Part shown: piece after piece, positions 24,487 through 38,068 of the stretch
How the letters are laid out: each line of letters starts with the position of its first letter
Position numbering within the stretch: the first letter of the stretch is position 1
Notes under the pieces: model-generated
The model's input: the letters and a program-made list of their open reading frames with translations, nothing else
Databases searched by the model: none
Told to the model about the DNA's origin: nothing
Program-made: the position numbers and the translations under genes
DNA from: Phoronis australis
Taxonomy: Eukaryota > Animalia > Phoronida
Length of the DNA: 64,000 bases
Assembly: GCA_002633005.1 (NCBI GenBank)
Contig: NMRA01000045.1
Coordinates: forward strand, 1-64,000
Direction: 5' to 3'

Positions 24487-25834
24487 ACAGAGAAAAAAGT
24501 TGCCGTGCCGTCCTTTTACATTATTTGCTATTGCCATCCAATTTTTTGTTTATCGCATTTCATTCTTTGTCGAGCGTCATTTTTATAGCTATTTCACCCG
24601 CACACGAATGTGATGGTGGTAATTCCACCAAGTACATACACACAATGTGTTTTTATTACCACGCCTCAAATTCACATGTAAAGATTTATTTGTGAATGTA
24701 TGCTTCACGTGTTTAGCTGTAGTGAACAAAGTCCTCAATCAAATTAGCTTGGTGCTGTCCCCACATTAGAGCAAGGGGTCCGATTGTTGTGCGAATATGT
24801 GGCAAAAAGAAGCGTAGTGGCCTTGGAATGTAGAATACGGCAGTTCCTGCGGAACGCATGTGTTGTCGTCCAGGAAATGGAGTCTAACCACACACCTCTT
24901 TCAACGTATCCAGTACCTGACCCTGTATTGTATGCAGTTCATGGAGGATTAGTGTTAGTAGGCACTAAAGTTCAGAGACCTTAGCCCAATAATATTCTTT
25001 TCTCCCTCTTTTCCATTTATGAACATCATGATGAAGTTTTCAACCAATAATCGAGATTTTAAAATAATTATTTACAAAAAGTCTTTTCCAAACTTGGTTT
25101 GTTTTTTCTTAGTAATCGGTACCTGTAACAGAGAAAAGAAAAACAACAAATATACTTGGGAGCCATTTTGATATATCCGATCAGTGTTCTCCACGGCCAG
25201 TTTTAACATGTCGCTTCAACAGGGTAGAGTTCAGCAATTGCTAGGACCTCGCAAAAAATATAGCCAAAATCACGCGTTCTCATTTAAAATACATGGCAAC
25301 ATCTCACGTAATCTTGCGAAGTCTTGCATTTCAACGAAGTCCTAGCGTTACTGAACAGGTTTGCCGGTGCTCCATCAGGTTTGAGTAACCTGCACATACG
25401 GGTTTTTTTTGCCCATAACAAAGAGTGCCTGCCAGGACAAGTAGGTCTTTCTGAGAGGTTTGGATTATCACTGACTATTATTTGGCATGACACACAATAA
25501 CAAGAAATTGTCACCAATGAATGCCATTCTAGACGTGATCAATCTTATTTGATTACTTGAAAATTTTAAGAAAGTGCCCAGCGGGATTGTGTCAGGCTGT
25601 ACCAGTCCAATGTGGCGAAAGGCTGACCCAGTTAACATTAACACCTGACCTGATGCGGGAAACCCCGAACACTTGAAACAGTCTTTGTTTACAATTCATT
25701 TTGAACCCAAAATGTAAAAATGTGGTAGTTGCCTAAACTGTTTATGACCATAATATTCCGCAGCAGGACTGATTCCACATCAGCACTTAACGCTGAAATC
25801 ATCGTGGACTCTTAGTAGGCCGGATCTCTATATG

Positions 25835-26334
25835 AAGCCCGCGACCGCAGGACACAGATTACGCCTACGCGGCGGCGAACGGGTGCGTATAAAATACCGA
25901 GGCGGTCCCTTCGCTTTATTCGAATTTCAGAAAATTATTCAACTTTGACATAGTTTCTTTGAATTCTCTCGGCGCCGAATATTGAGCATGCACGCGACCT
26001 AGTAGGCATAAACGGTAAATGCAAGCCGCGGATATATACCCCAGAATTGTGTTTGGCTTCGAGAAAGTAGCGCGTACGCCGTCGGATTGACCGAGGCCAC
26101 TACTCATTAAGACAAAGAAAAAAAAACACCCCGGGGATTTGCGGCCACAGATGCCGGCGCTTTTCCGTCGCGGGAACAATGGGGAAGGAGTTAGCGTCGG
26201 GCGGGGCAGGTGCCCTCGCGGCCGCTTTCGAGACGTTTCTGTCCGACGAAGTTGAACGGCAATTGCCCACTTAACATCCGGGTCTGAAATTAGCGTTTTA
26301 ATTTAAAGATTGGATTTGTAAAATTATGCTACAG
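25835..26334 (+). promoter_or_regulatory. CpG-rich candidate promoter / first non-coding exon of the ATP-grasp gene
   Basis: Local CpG/GC enrichment; TATAAAA 25888-25894; GC box GGGCGGGG ~26199; donor CAG|GTATTT at 26335; about 1.1 kb upstream of the first recognisable coding exon. Confidence 0.4.
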
Positions 26335-27455
26335 GTATTTCCTTTACTCGTTTCATTCTATTGTATGACTTTAAAAGTTGAAAAAGCAGTTGGTATGATT
26401 TATTGCAGTGGTGGTCATAGCAACTATTTTCTACTTTCAAAAAGTACTACTGGTTTTGACATACTAGTCTTTAGTTTGAGATTAACTAATGAATATATGC
26501 ATTAAATTTACGCAGCTTTTATGATTTTTTAACGAAGGTAATTTCTCCAAGTTTGGATACGGGGTTGCCTTGACATAAGTGTTCTGGTATATACTTGGTA
26601 GAACAATAACTTTTTTGTTATAGTCTATTTATATACGTTGGTATGTGACGCGCGTAGCTTACTATACTGTTGCAATTCCTAGATACCATCGATGGCAACA
26701 GTGCACGTTCAAGCTTAGCAACTGCCCTGGGGTCACTAAAAGTATTTGATCGTGGTTGCCTGTCATACCATGACTGCCATCAAGCTTGGGTCAACCCTAG
26801 AACTTTTGGCAAAGATTCTTGTTTCTGATTTACATTCAAACTTGAAGTTGGCTGACAAATACCTGGTTACAGTGGCAACGGTCACCAGCTTGCGACCACA
26901 GCTTTGCCTGCTGCTTTGGACTTTGCAAGCTTAAAACTGTTGATTCTGGCAGTCTGACTGAACACTTCACCGCTTCACCTTAAACAAAATGCATACGTAA
27001 AATTGGTACAGCCACATCCGATTACCGTGATATGATGCTGCTCAAGAATTACACATAAACTTGGAATACTCAAATGCGCCTGTGGTATCGACGGAAGTTA
27101 CATATCAATTGAGCTTTTCACATCATGGTCGTCAATGCGTTTTTAAAAGAAAATGGGTTCCGCTGGTCGACTAGTCTTCATTTGTTGAGCAGTTACAGTA
27201 CTAATAAGGATTACACCGTGATCGTGTGACTTAAAAGAGATTTGGATGGCCTTTAACGTGGCGAATCTATTCTTTGTGAGGAACCTAAGCCTGTATTAGT
27301 GTTCACGTATCATCAATTTTCTTGTCGACCATTAACCAGTGCACTTATAACTAGATCCACTAAAGTATTTTGTAGGGATTTAAGCTGAAACAAATGCATC
27401 GTTATATTTATTTTTATTATTGGTGTAACTGTAAATGGAATCTGATTAACTTCAG

Positions 27456-27774
27456 GAATCCAGCCATTGAGTACAAACCGTTTGGGCCTCTCGCTGAGAA
27501 AACGCTTCTGTGTATTCGAAGCCAACTTATGGTAACTACCGATGAAGAGATACAAACCTCTTTCTGGGCTACAATAAAGAGAATGGGGCTAAACAAGCTT
27601 TGCGTGATACTTCACAAGACCGAAGTGAACCGCTTCTGGTGTGAAAAGATGAAGTCTTTGGGAATCATTGATGAATTTAATGTTGACGGCCTGATCCACG
27701 AAACCGAGGATGGCCGCACTGTTGAAGAAATCGGCGCCGGAATAACCAGCTGGCTGAAGCAGAAAAACATCAAT
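27456..27774 (+). CDS. Carnosine-synthase-like ATP-grasp ligase, first recognisable coding exon (pre-ATP-grasp domain)
   Basis: Acceptor aacttcAG (phase 2), donor AAT|GTGAGT; LAEKTLLCIR..FWATIKRMGLNKLCVI..SWLKQKNIN parallels CARNS1 C-half; start codon unresolved (phase-2 candidates ATG ~26989 or ~27124). Confidence 0.8.
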
Positions 27775-28847
27775 GTGAGTGATTGGATATTGCAAATAAC
27801 TAAGCTTTCAATTTCTGTAATTGAAACAGATATCCCATTTTAACCATTTTACTATTAGTTAATTGTGTGCATATACCTTACAAAATATGCGATTCTTTGT
27901 TAGTCTTATCAGATATTTTTCACGTTTGCAAAGCAACGGTGAAAGCTGGAGGACGACAAAATTGGAATGTCCAGGCCCGCTGCCCGAGGGGGCTCGGGGG
28001 TTGGAAAGACCCCTGCGCAAAAGGTCCAGCCCCAGCCTGTCTGTTAAAGATATGATACATTTGAGCAACAACAAAATTGTCGGAGGTACTGGTACAACTA
28101 ACTACAAGGATAGCTAAGTTAGTAGTAAATTTCGATTTGCTTTTGATTCAAAGCGCTTCACGTAATCGTCGGACCGTACCCGGCCACCTTCGTCCAAGTG
28201 GTGTTTGCGTAGATGACAGGATCGTGCAGACGATTAGAAGAGGCTTTACGTTATTCATCGCTGTGAACACAAGTGATGACTACACCTTTGTGTAACAACG
28301 GAGTCTAGAAGTAAATGTCTATACCTAGCTAAGCTATATAGTAGCGAGAGAGCTCCTAAAAATCATGCGGTGTGAATGTCTTAAAATCGACCAAGAAACA
28401 AAACAGAAGAAAATAAGTTTGTTAGCTGATAATTCTTGCTAGCAGGCATTTTCAAATTTGGGATTGAAAGTGTTCGCCAAGTACATGTATTTTGTTCATC
28501 CAGCGTCTGCCTCGATTATGGATTGACAAATTGAAATGCATGCTTGTACACATGTTTGAGTTTCCGTCCTTTTAAATTCAGTAGAGGCCGGCGGTAAGTT
28601 AACTACAGGCAGCCCTCCGACATTGCTCAAAAATCAGACATATAACTATAACAGTGTTTTCTTGCACAGAAAACCTCTGACGAGCATGTTCACATTATTG
28701 GGGAAAAGAAGCTCTAGACCTAATGAAAAATTTTGGTCAATGAAGAAAGACTCTTCTTGTCAATAAAGTCAATGGTGCATAGCCTCACAGACTTCATACC
28801 AGCAACTAATTTGATGGAAGAGATTTCCAAGGATATATGTCACTTTT

Positions 28848-28950
28848 CTGATGGTTCACTACTCCGAAGGTCCACTACTCCGAAAGTCCACTTCTCCGAA
28901 GGTTCGCCAACTTCGAAACTTCACTACTTCGAATGTCTACAATTCCGAAA
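28848..28950. repeat. ~17-bp tandem repeat (ccgaaggttcactact); related arrays at 19422-19478 and ~55055
   Basis: 5-6 degenerate units visible. Confidence 0.75.
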
Positions 28951-29727
28951 CCAGAACTCTGACAGTTAATATTTTTTCATTAATATGAGCACAGCTTCGT
29001 TAGTCGCTTTCGCTAGTAAGACCGACCTCAGAGGAGCAGGAGACCCCTTTGAGCCTTGCTGTTATATTTTTGCGTGTTACTTAAATACGCAAAAATGTAA
29101 ATACATAAAAAAAATCGTCTAGTCACTCTCCGACTAAATATGTTTGTCTGTCGAGTTGATGTACTATTTAAGCACCTCTGCTTTCAAAGTTTGGCAGGAA
29201 ATGACGCAAGAACGGTCTGGACCGCATTAAATCCGAATTTGAGTCCCGTTCATTGCGAGCAACCGTCACGACATACTCATTTCTGGTATTTACATGTAGC
29301 TGTCTCATCTTAGAAACGTAGATCTGAGAGTCATCGTTGTTTATATAAATATCCCTCCCCCTAGTTAAGCTGGGCAAACCCAGGACCTTACTGAAAACTC
29401 CACAGAGACGACGTTTGCAAAATATCAAAGTCCACCCTTCAAGAAATTCGAACCACCCCCCCGCGCAAAGCGGGCTACGGGCCTGATGTCTGTGCCCCGA
29501 ATGATTTTCCTTTCTTCGGAAATGGGATAACTTGAAAACGCGAACTTCTTTGAATATAGGCCTATTTTTAAAACTGTTCGGCTGTTGGAAGCCTTAAGTC
29601 TGAGCATCAACTTGCCGACGTGTATTTCAAATACCTTGCGGAATCCATGCAGTCCTACATAATGCCTCTATCAAACCAAGCGCCACATTTGTACGGTTTA
29701 CGTGATATATGCTATCACACTTTGCAG

Positions 29728-29886
29728 GCAAACGCCGGTTACTTCTTTGGCGACTTCCTGAAAATGGTTGGAAGTTACGTTTGTGAACAACTCGGTATTC
29801 CTGGGGACAGCTACGAGAGTACAAAAGTGTGTTTACTGAAGAATCTCACGCAGGAATACGTGCTTAGAACCCCGGAAGCCGCAAAG
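29728..29886 (+). CDS. ATP-grasp ligase exon (ANAGYFFGDFLKMVGSYVCEQLGIPGDSYESTKVCLLKNLTQEYVLRTPEAAK)
   Basis: tttgcAG / AAG|GTGGGT, phase 0-0; CEQLGIPG..K..TQ parallels CARNS1 CQELGLP..K..TQ. Confidence 0.88.
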
Positions 29887-31029
29887 GTGGGTGATCTTGA
29901 AGAGTTTTTTGTTGGTTTGGTGATTGTCATCCATTAGTATGCCAGTAGGGGAAAGTAATGACCACCACAGCCTCGAAACCTTTGGACTCGACTTTGCCTT
30001 CTTCAAAGACAAATCAATAGGTTTATAGCTTTCTCCTGTTCTTTTGCGTCCACCTTCCCGACGTTCAGGGAGATCCGTCTGTAGCTACGTGCAGTTTATT
30101 GGACTGCTGTGTACTTACTACGTTCATACATTTACAACGTGAGCAGGGTTCATTTAACACGTGTGCCCACAGAAATGAGCCCCATCGCATACGCTTTCTT
30201 TAAAAAGTTCTCGCTATGACCCTGTGTCTCAAAAGGAATTTTATTAACACATATCTTAAGATGTGTTAATAAATGAGATTTAATAGCCTTTAGTACACCT
30301 GTTGCTAAGAAAAAAGCCAAAATTAAAAATATGTATACATGTATATACTTTGTCTGTTATCGGGTTTGATACGCAATGGGCGGAAGATCGTCTCCGCCGT
30401 TGTTGTTTTTACCCTTGCGATACTGAGGAGTTGTGAGAAAAGTCCTCGGAGAGCCGCTTTTTTCAGACATGAAAAGGCTGGTGCGTTTGTGGAGGCTGTG
30501 GTAAAAACAACTTGACTGAGAACGTCTCTGTGTTCAAATTTCCTAAAGAATAAGTGAAAAATGCACAGAAATGGTATCGGTTTGTGCGGCGCACGAGAAT
30601 GTGGAATATCGGTGTGGAACATGCGATTCAGTCGGCAACCGCACTTTGTTCGGCACATTCTAAGAGTCGTGTTTCGACCGCACACAAAAGCGGCGTTACG
30701 AAGAAGGACTCGCCACCTTGTAAGTGCATTTGCAAATTTTTTAATAACGAACAAACTACTTCAATCCTAAGACGAGTGATGCCAGGCCCTCGACCCCGAC
30801 CCAGATCGAGTGCTACTACAAGTATGCTTATGCATTGTGTTTAGACTGTTCTCAGTGATTATTAAGTGTCTATTTTGTGAATAATGACCACCCCTTGGTT
30901 AAGTTGGTTGTGGCCCACGCATGCCTGCAGCATTTCTCGTGCAATTGGACCGAGTTCATACGGCCTCAAACCCGACGAAAGTTCGCAAAATGGGAAATCG
31001 AATTAATTATCTGATTCTTCAAGTACTTG

Positions 31030-31450
31030 ACTGTGATTCCCGTATCCAGTTTCCTTTCTGTCTGCATAATAATTGTTCATTTCTCGCTCAAAATCGTCTC
31101 CACCTTCTGACCTGCTCTGTTCCGACATTGCAATTGGTTATCAAATGGCCAACCGTCTTTCACTCAATGATTTCCGACGACTTCATCTACTGTGGCGCCT
31201 CCTAGTGGCACTTATGTTTTTTGCGCCCATACCCTCTCATTTTCTCATTTCCTTGGTTTCTCAGAAGTTCGTTGACGGATCTTTATGAAATTTGGTAAAT
31301 AGCTTTGATGACACATACCAGTTTTCGGATGGATTCGACTTATTTTGCGTCGTGTTGTGGCCATTTTTATTATCTAAATAGACACCCCTAGAAACACACC
31401 GTTTGCGGCGCATTCGTGGGCGCATTTCAACGTTCCGCGTTGCCCTTGTA
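31030..31450 (+). mobile_element. 3' part of another HINE/DINE-1-like copy
   Basis: Ends with subTIR GTGGGCGCAT and stem-loop caacgttccgcgttg, as in the other two copies. Confidence 0.7.
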
Positions 31451-33886
31451 TCGTTTTCGAATGTTGGAACTAATGTGAAAATACATATGGAGTTGCAATC
31501 AAAGTATATGAGAGAACAGGTCTTCAAATCCTCTCGCAAATAGTACAAGATACATGTGAACCGTAGGACGATGAATGCCAACAAGTGGAAACATGGGTCA
31601 GAGGTGTGCTTTCTCCCGACGTACAATATCACAAGTATTGTTATCAGAGTTCGCATTCAGTTTGTAAAGCTTTTAACGATCTTAATTTGGTGCAAGTTTT
31701 AAAAGTTGTAAACAATTATATGCTTGTGAGATCAAACTTGCATTTCTCCCTTTTTAGTTGGCCAAAAACAATAAGAAAATTCGCATTTTATTTTCAAAGA
31801 ATCAGACCCATAAATTCCTTAGCGTGGCAGGATTCCATTCTGTTACCAAAACAAGTCTCAGGAAATGCGTATACGTGCCGCGCGATTTTCTTGCTGGTAA
31901 CGGAAATAGAATACCTTCACGACAAGGAATACTATGAAACCTGTTTACTACAGTAAGAAGCCTACTAATTTGATTTTAAATTTCTTTTTAGCCAGCCAAA
32001 CAGGGCAAATGCAGCTTAAAATTCAAGTTCTAACCCAGTCTCATTGGTTACGTTGGCACATTTACGAACAGTGTAACTGACGATATGTACGCCAGCCAAA
32101 ATGAGTGAACACAGACATTTGTAGATTTTTAGGACAAATATCGTAACTTTCGAAAACAACTTCCGACAAACAAAAATCGTTTGCAAAACCGATGAAAAAG
32201 AACGTGATGTTTCAGATATGCCAGGTCGTGTCTCAGTTGTTGGTCTTGCAATTTTTTTTAAAGATTATTGAGATTGACGCTGTAGTTGTGAAGGCCAGTA
32301 AAGCTATGTACGAATATCTCGATGTGTGTGTATGATCTTTGTGACTTGCTTCAGAGCAAGATAATAAGCCATAAGAGCACACTTCTGAAAATGATTTTAC
32401 ATTTTGTTTAGATGGCACAGTGACGCAACAGCGGTAGCGTGTAGAAGGGGGGATGGGGGCGGCGATAGGGCGACGGCCCCGGGCATCCACATCGGGGACA
32501 TCCAACAACTACGAATAAGCTTTTTGAAATTGTGACTGATTTGTATTTTACTTTTCTTACTGATAGGGTACATGTACATGCATTTGAGTAGATAGAGGGC
32601 ATCCAACAAAATATCACTTCTGGCATCACCAAACCTTTGCACGTTGTTGCGACAACAGTCTATGAATTTTAATCAAATCAGCCAGTGTCGTGTATCAAGA
32701 CGATAAGCCAAACTATATTTGATCGTCACAATTTGCCTTAAATATGCAAATTAATGATGTAATGACCTGCAAACTGACCTCATTATATTCGTTGACCACA
32801 AAAAGATAGGTGCAAATGTGTAGTGCCCTCAGAGGAAGTTATGAGCAGAAAGAAAATTTCAAATAATGACGCCCATGATTTGCCTAAATTATGCAAATTT
32901 ATCATGCAACAACCTGTACACTTATTTCATTAAGTTCGCTGAGGCCTTTCCCATTGGGAACATTTAACTTTGCTTTTGAATCGACGTTTACAGCGCGAGT
33001 AAACGCCCGAGTAAAAAAGAGCTGGCTTTAACAGCGAAGCGTCGACTTCAATACAATGGGAACGAGTTATCAGCAGAGGTCGCTGAGTTTGACAACAGCG
33101 GTGGTTAATTGTTAATATTTTCCTCTAATATTTATTGTTTCGGCAGTATCAGCATTCTGTTTCGATTTATCCATGTATTATTGGATTCGTTATATTAACA
33201 AATTAACGTATAGTGGACGCAAAACGACTTCCCGCCATACGCCATACCGATTTTGTTCGGTTCAGCTGTTAACCTACTCACGAATCAAGTTTCTTTTAAT
33301 ATGACAGCTTTTGCTCTATCGTCATCGTTAACGTTCTAGTTATCATTTAGGACGATGGAGAGTCTTACGATTTTTGGTGGCAATGTCAAAAAGAACTCAT
33401 AGTTTCGCTGAACTAGTTTTCTGAGTAACTCCGCAGCTGATGGGAACACTTCGCGGCTTACCGCAATTATATTGAAGCTTCAATGGTAGCGGAGGTACTG
33501 TATGGGAAAGGGCCTACTATCCACATGAACATGGGTGCAAATACCAATACTTTGACCTGTGGTGCTTGATTCTGCAGCTATGAGCATAAGTAAGATTTTC
33601 GTTAATCATATTTCTTTAATTTGCGTATTGTATGCAAATTCTCGAAATATCCACCTCCAAAGTACCTCTATTAAATGAACTGGCCATAGTTACATAGGTG
33701 AAAGCATCAAAATAATCTACCTGGAGTGCTTGCTAAGGAAGTTGTCAGCGAAAACACGGTTTTTGCATAATAGCGGCCTCAATTTGCATATTTAAAAAAA
33801 CTTGTTTAAAGTTGTCGATATAACAACCCAGCTAAAACACTTAAGGGAGGAAACTAGATGTGAATCAACCAAAAAGCCTTGTCGCT

Positions 33887-36800
33887 GCTGTACTAGTGGT
33901 GATTGAATTGCGCATGCGTGGCTGTCTGCATGTAAACAACTGGTAAAAGATGGCATTGTTATCAAAATATGTCGTCGCGCTAAGCCTTATTACTGCTAAT
34001 TTCCCTGGTGCAAGTCTTCGACAGGTGGCCACAAATTCCCAAAAGACCTAAAGTTACTATATTCGTGGACAATTGCGGTCAAAAGGGTCAACTAACTGAC
34101 AAAAAGTGTGTGAATGCTGAAGCCCCGTGTGTGCTCTATGACTATGCAGTTCCATTCGGAGACTACACAACATTACTTGGTAAGTTTTTAGCAATCTGTT
34201 TCTATCAACATCGTTCGGTGATGTTATCCCCAGCAGTTACCCCACTGAATAACAGGTTTATTGACTGGAACTAAGTGTTTCTTTTAGGAAATTCACCCCA
34301 TGCCGGGTAGGCTAGCAGCACCGTATGGTCCTGGGTGGGAGTGCTCCCAAAATAAGAGGTGTATGGTACGTGACGCACAGAAGTCAAGGGTGACTTTTCC
34401 ACAGCAGTTTCTCGTCAAAACTATGCTGTTTCACATAAAATTCTCTAGATGAGTGAGTTTCCTTATTTTATCGCGGACCCCACCCCCAGTACTACCAGAT
34501 CAGTTATCGAATTAACATGAATAAGCCTTAATTCAGTAAATGTAACATCGCATTGAAAAAAAATTGACAGATAGAATGAATTTAACTTGTTGAAATCAGA
34601 AGCACATTTTAAGTGTCATGAAAAATACTCATTGTTAAATCACCTTTAGCCTGTTTCACATACATGTATTTTAATTCAAATATTAAATAAGACTTGGGTA
34701 CAAAGGTTATTAGTTTCTACACATAAACATGAAGATGAAAAGTCAAGTAGGTTCTACCTTACAAAAGTAGTTTTGTCTTGTCTTTTCTTTTACAATTTGC
34801 TAACATTTCTCCGACTATTCTGTTACAGGTGAGAGAAAACAACTGAAACCAACCGCCCGACCATCTATTTTACCTTTGGACAAAGTGAAAAGCAATCCTT
34901 CCGCAATAACCTGAGAGAATTGAACGTAATTCAGAAATTCAGCACTTGATATGCCTGATTATGGACTCCGTCCCAATGTTTTTTCTTTCTGTGCTTTTTC
35001 ATTATGCCATTTGTTTTTAAATACACTGATAATTGTTTATTCTCGAATCTTGTGCAAAGCAGATTCTTGTCAAGCCAGCTACAATTGAAAACATACAATA
35101 AGACAACCGATGCAGTCATTGAATGTCATTTCCCCATAATGTGTACAAAATTGAAAAGCTCTTACCATTAGTATAAAGCCTTTCTTCTGAAAGGAAAATT
35201 TAATGTCACTCAGCTTTTTGCTTTCATTTCACTGGGATCTAGTTTCAATGGCCTATAGAAACGCTTGTAAAAAAGGTCCAGTTTCGGCACATGGCTTTCT
35301 TTCATGTAACCTCATTCAGCCTCAATAACATCCACAATTAGACCCTTGGAGGTAAACACAGCAGCATATCACTTGAATCGTTTTGAGCCCAAAATCAGAC
35401 CCTGAACTAGACCAGAGTGTCACTAGGTCTTCTTTAGCTTCAGTCCCTTATGTTTCTTCCAGGAAAGGAAATAAGCTATTGTCCACACATGACTCATTGC
35501 CTATGAACGGGCATCCTCACCAACAAGGCTTACTTGTGTAGCAGTCATATACTTCGTCTGAATACACAGACAGTCCACTGGCACATTGTCTTATGGTAAC
35601 GTAGTACTGTGGCCTTAAAATGTCACTGAACCTGAAACAAATATTGAAATATGAATAATTAAGTATTCCAGATTGGATCAAAAATGTTATCTTTGTTTTT
35701 CAAAAATATATGGTGGCTGCCCTACAGTTTCACATGAAATTAAATAATTACTATTTTCAGAAACCAAGGGTGTATGTAATAAGTATTGCATAAAACTGTG
35801 TCTTTATTTTTATCCCTAGCCATAACAATTCTTTAAACGCAACATTTGTCTGCAAAATATACAATTTTTTGAGACAACTTCAAAACTTTGTTACCCATTT
35901 TCAAGCCTTTTTAATTTTGATACTTTCAGCAATTTTAAACTCAGATTACAGGTTCATGGGTCTGTCAAGCATACTTCTAGCCTAAGGTTGAGGGAACCGT
36001 TTTTCTTGTAATAAAAGATATGAAGACTTGGGTCATTTAAAAATGATGGATAATCTTTCTGCTGTTTAAGAGTAATTACAAATCGTAAGGCACCATCAAA
36101 AATGCAATTTTCACAAAAATGGCAGTCATTTGAATTTATAACGGCTTGCAACATTTCAAGGCATGAGTTAAGACTTTTCAGTCACTGTGAATTCAGAAAA
36201 TGGGTTTACAATTGATACAAGTAGTAAAACAGTTTCATGAAATCAACTTGAAGGGACTTCATGAAGGTTAAGAATTACCTCACCATACTCTATTACCAGT
36301 TGTACCAAATATTACAACCCCAACCCCCCATGCCAATCCCCCCGCTAAGGACCTGAATAAGTAAATTAACAAAATGACTTACACACCTTTCTTTAAAAAT
36401 AGCTGTTCCTTTTCAAAGGCGTTCTTCGTTGTCTCCAATATTGAAAGTAGGCTTTGACAACAAATCTGCACTGGATGGGAAGATCTTGTTGGTTAGCTGC
36501 AGTCAAATGCTAAAAACCAATTTTTGTCCATTCGGGAACGGTGCAGAAGCGATGCATATCTCCTCTGCATGGTACAAGCCCTCAAACCTAAAAACCAAAG
36601 GTTTCGTGAAAACAGACGTGATAGATTTCCATTTCAACGTGTAATAGATTTCCAGAAGACATGTCATACGGAGTAAACAAATAGTCTAATGCAATGGATA
36701 ATTGTCATGTACCCTTTGCCATTGGGTTTGGATTGTAATCTTAACTCATTAACCTGTATCGAGTTGACAGCATAAACATTCAGCAGTGATTGATGTAACT

Positions 36801-37161
36801 GTCACTCATCAACTATTGGAAATCATTCCAAACAGTAATAATGTTTTGATGTACGAAAAGATCCCGATTGCTACGTCAAGTATCGTATCACATATCACAA
36901 CAAAGATTAACCCGACTTGCGACTGCCACGAAGTCGACATCGGCGAGTACTTCAGTCAACAGGCATCGGTACAATAATCATAGAATTTTCGTTAAAATAA
37001 TCACAAACCTTACCTTTGTATAAGGTCGTGCTTACTTCCTCTCATAGAAGCACCCTTTTCACGCAATCTCAGATTCAGTTGGCACGGCTGCAAGCCATTT
37101 CACCATGTATTTAAAGGTCTTGCAAAATCGAGGCTGTTAATCTATCCCCACTAGTACACGC
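33887..37161. mobile_element. Degenerate ISL2EU/Harbinger-like element: THAP (+) convergent with SAP...YqaJ exonuclease (-)
   Basis: Imperfect TIR TGTACTAGTGG/CCACTAGTACA; absent from blocks A and C at this site; HKFPKDLK..W..AVKR..RVCSM spliced to GERKQLKPTARPSI; SAP LREKGASMRGSKHDLIQR; YqaJ-type VQGL..AVFTSKGLIV..VPKLDLFY. Confidence 0.68.
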
Positions 37162-37354
37162 GCGCCCTCTAGTTATTGTAGATTTTCCTAATAGCCCCAT
37201 TTGATGAACAGAGGAGATTGGTCTTAGCCATAAGTTGTGTCTAGACACCCAGCAGTCCCAGCGCAATTTCTTTCAACAGGCCCGGTTCGGATGAGCGTAA
37301 CTCTCTCTTTCCAATTTTATCACATCTCGGGTTTTCTTTCTGATTATTTTACAG

Positions 37355-37573
37355 TATGGCGTGCCTAGCTACTCCGTAAACACCGACAAAGAACTAACGG
37401 CAGCGTTGGCCAAATTAACGTTTCCTGTTGTCATGAAGCCTCTTTGTGGCAGTGGTTCTAATGGCTGCAAGGTTCTCTACGACATGGACAGCTGTTTAAA
37501 TTACTTTGGTGAACTGGTCACTGGTATGCAATCTGGGACCCCTGTGCTTGAAAAACTGACATACACTCATTCG
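37355..37573 (+). CDS. ATP-grasp ligase exon, B subdomain (FPVVMKPLCGSGSNGCKV)
   Basis: ttttacAG / TCG|GTAAGA, 219 nt, phase 0-0; ATP-binding Lys and Gly-rich loop. Confidence 0.92.
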
Positions 37574-38068
37574 GTAAGATTTGATTTTTAGTGCTTAAGG
37601 TTGGAGAGATAGTATTATTAGCAAACTCTCTGTAGCAACGGCAGAAAGGTAATTCCGTGTAAACACGTTTTGTTTCTCACTGTTTTCATAGGCATTCACA
37701 CCTCTCAAACTCCAAGCCCTCAGCTAACAAGTCACAAACGAAGTTCCTAGTGGTTTCAAACATTGGGAAAATTTTAGTTGAGAATTTTTTGCGTAACGAA
37801 TCTCAAGTTAGTCTACGGCAAAATTAATTTTTATGCAGCTCACTGACCTCAAAATGGGAAAGTAGAAATTCGTTAGATGGTCCTATTCGAGGAAAGAGTC
37901 GTGCCCATAGAAATGCGAGTATTCTGATAATCTCACGAGACACGGCAACACGAATGCTCTCATGCTTCTTGCTCTGAAGCTATCCAGATGTTAACCGAGG
38001 TACCTTTCTTCATTGGTAGCACTTATCGAATATCGAGTTGTTCACTAAAGGTACTTTTTATTTATCAG

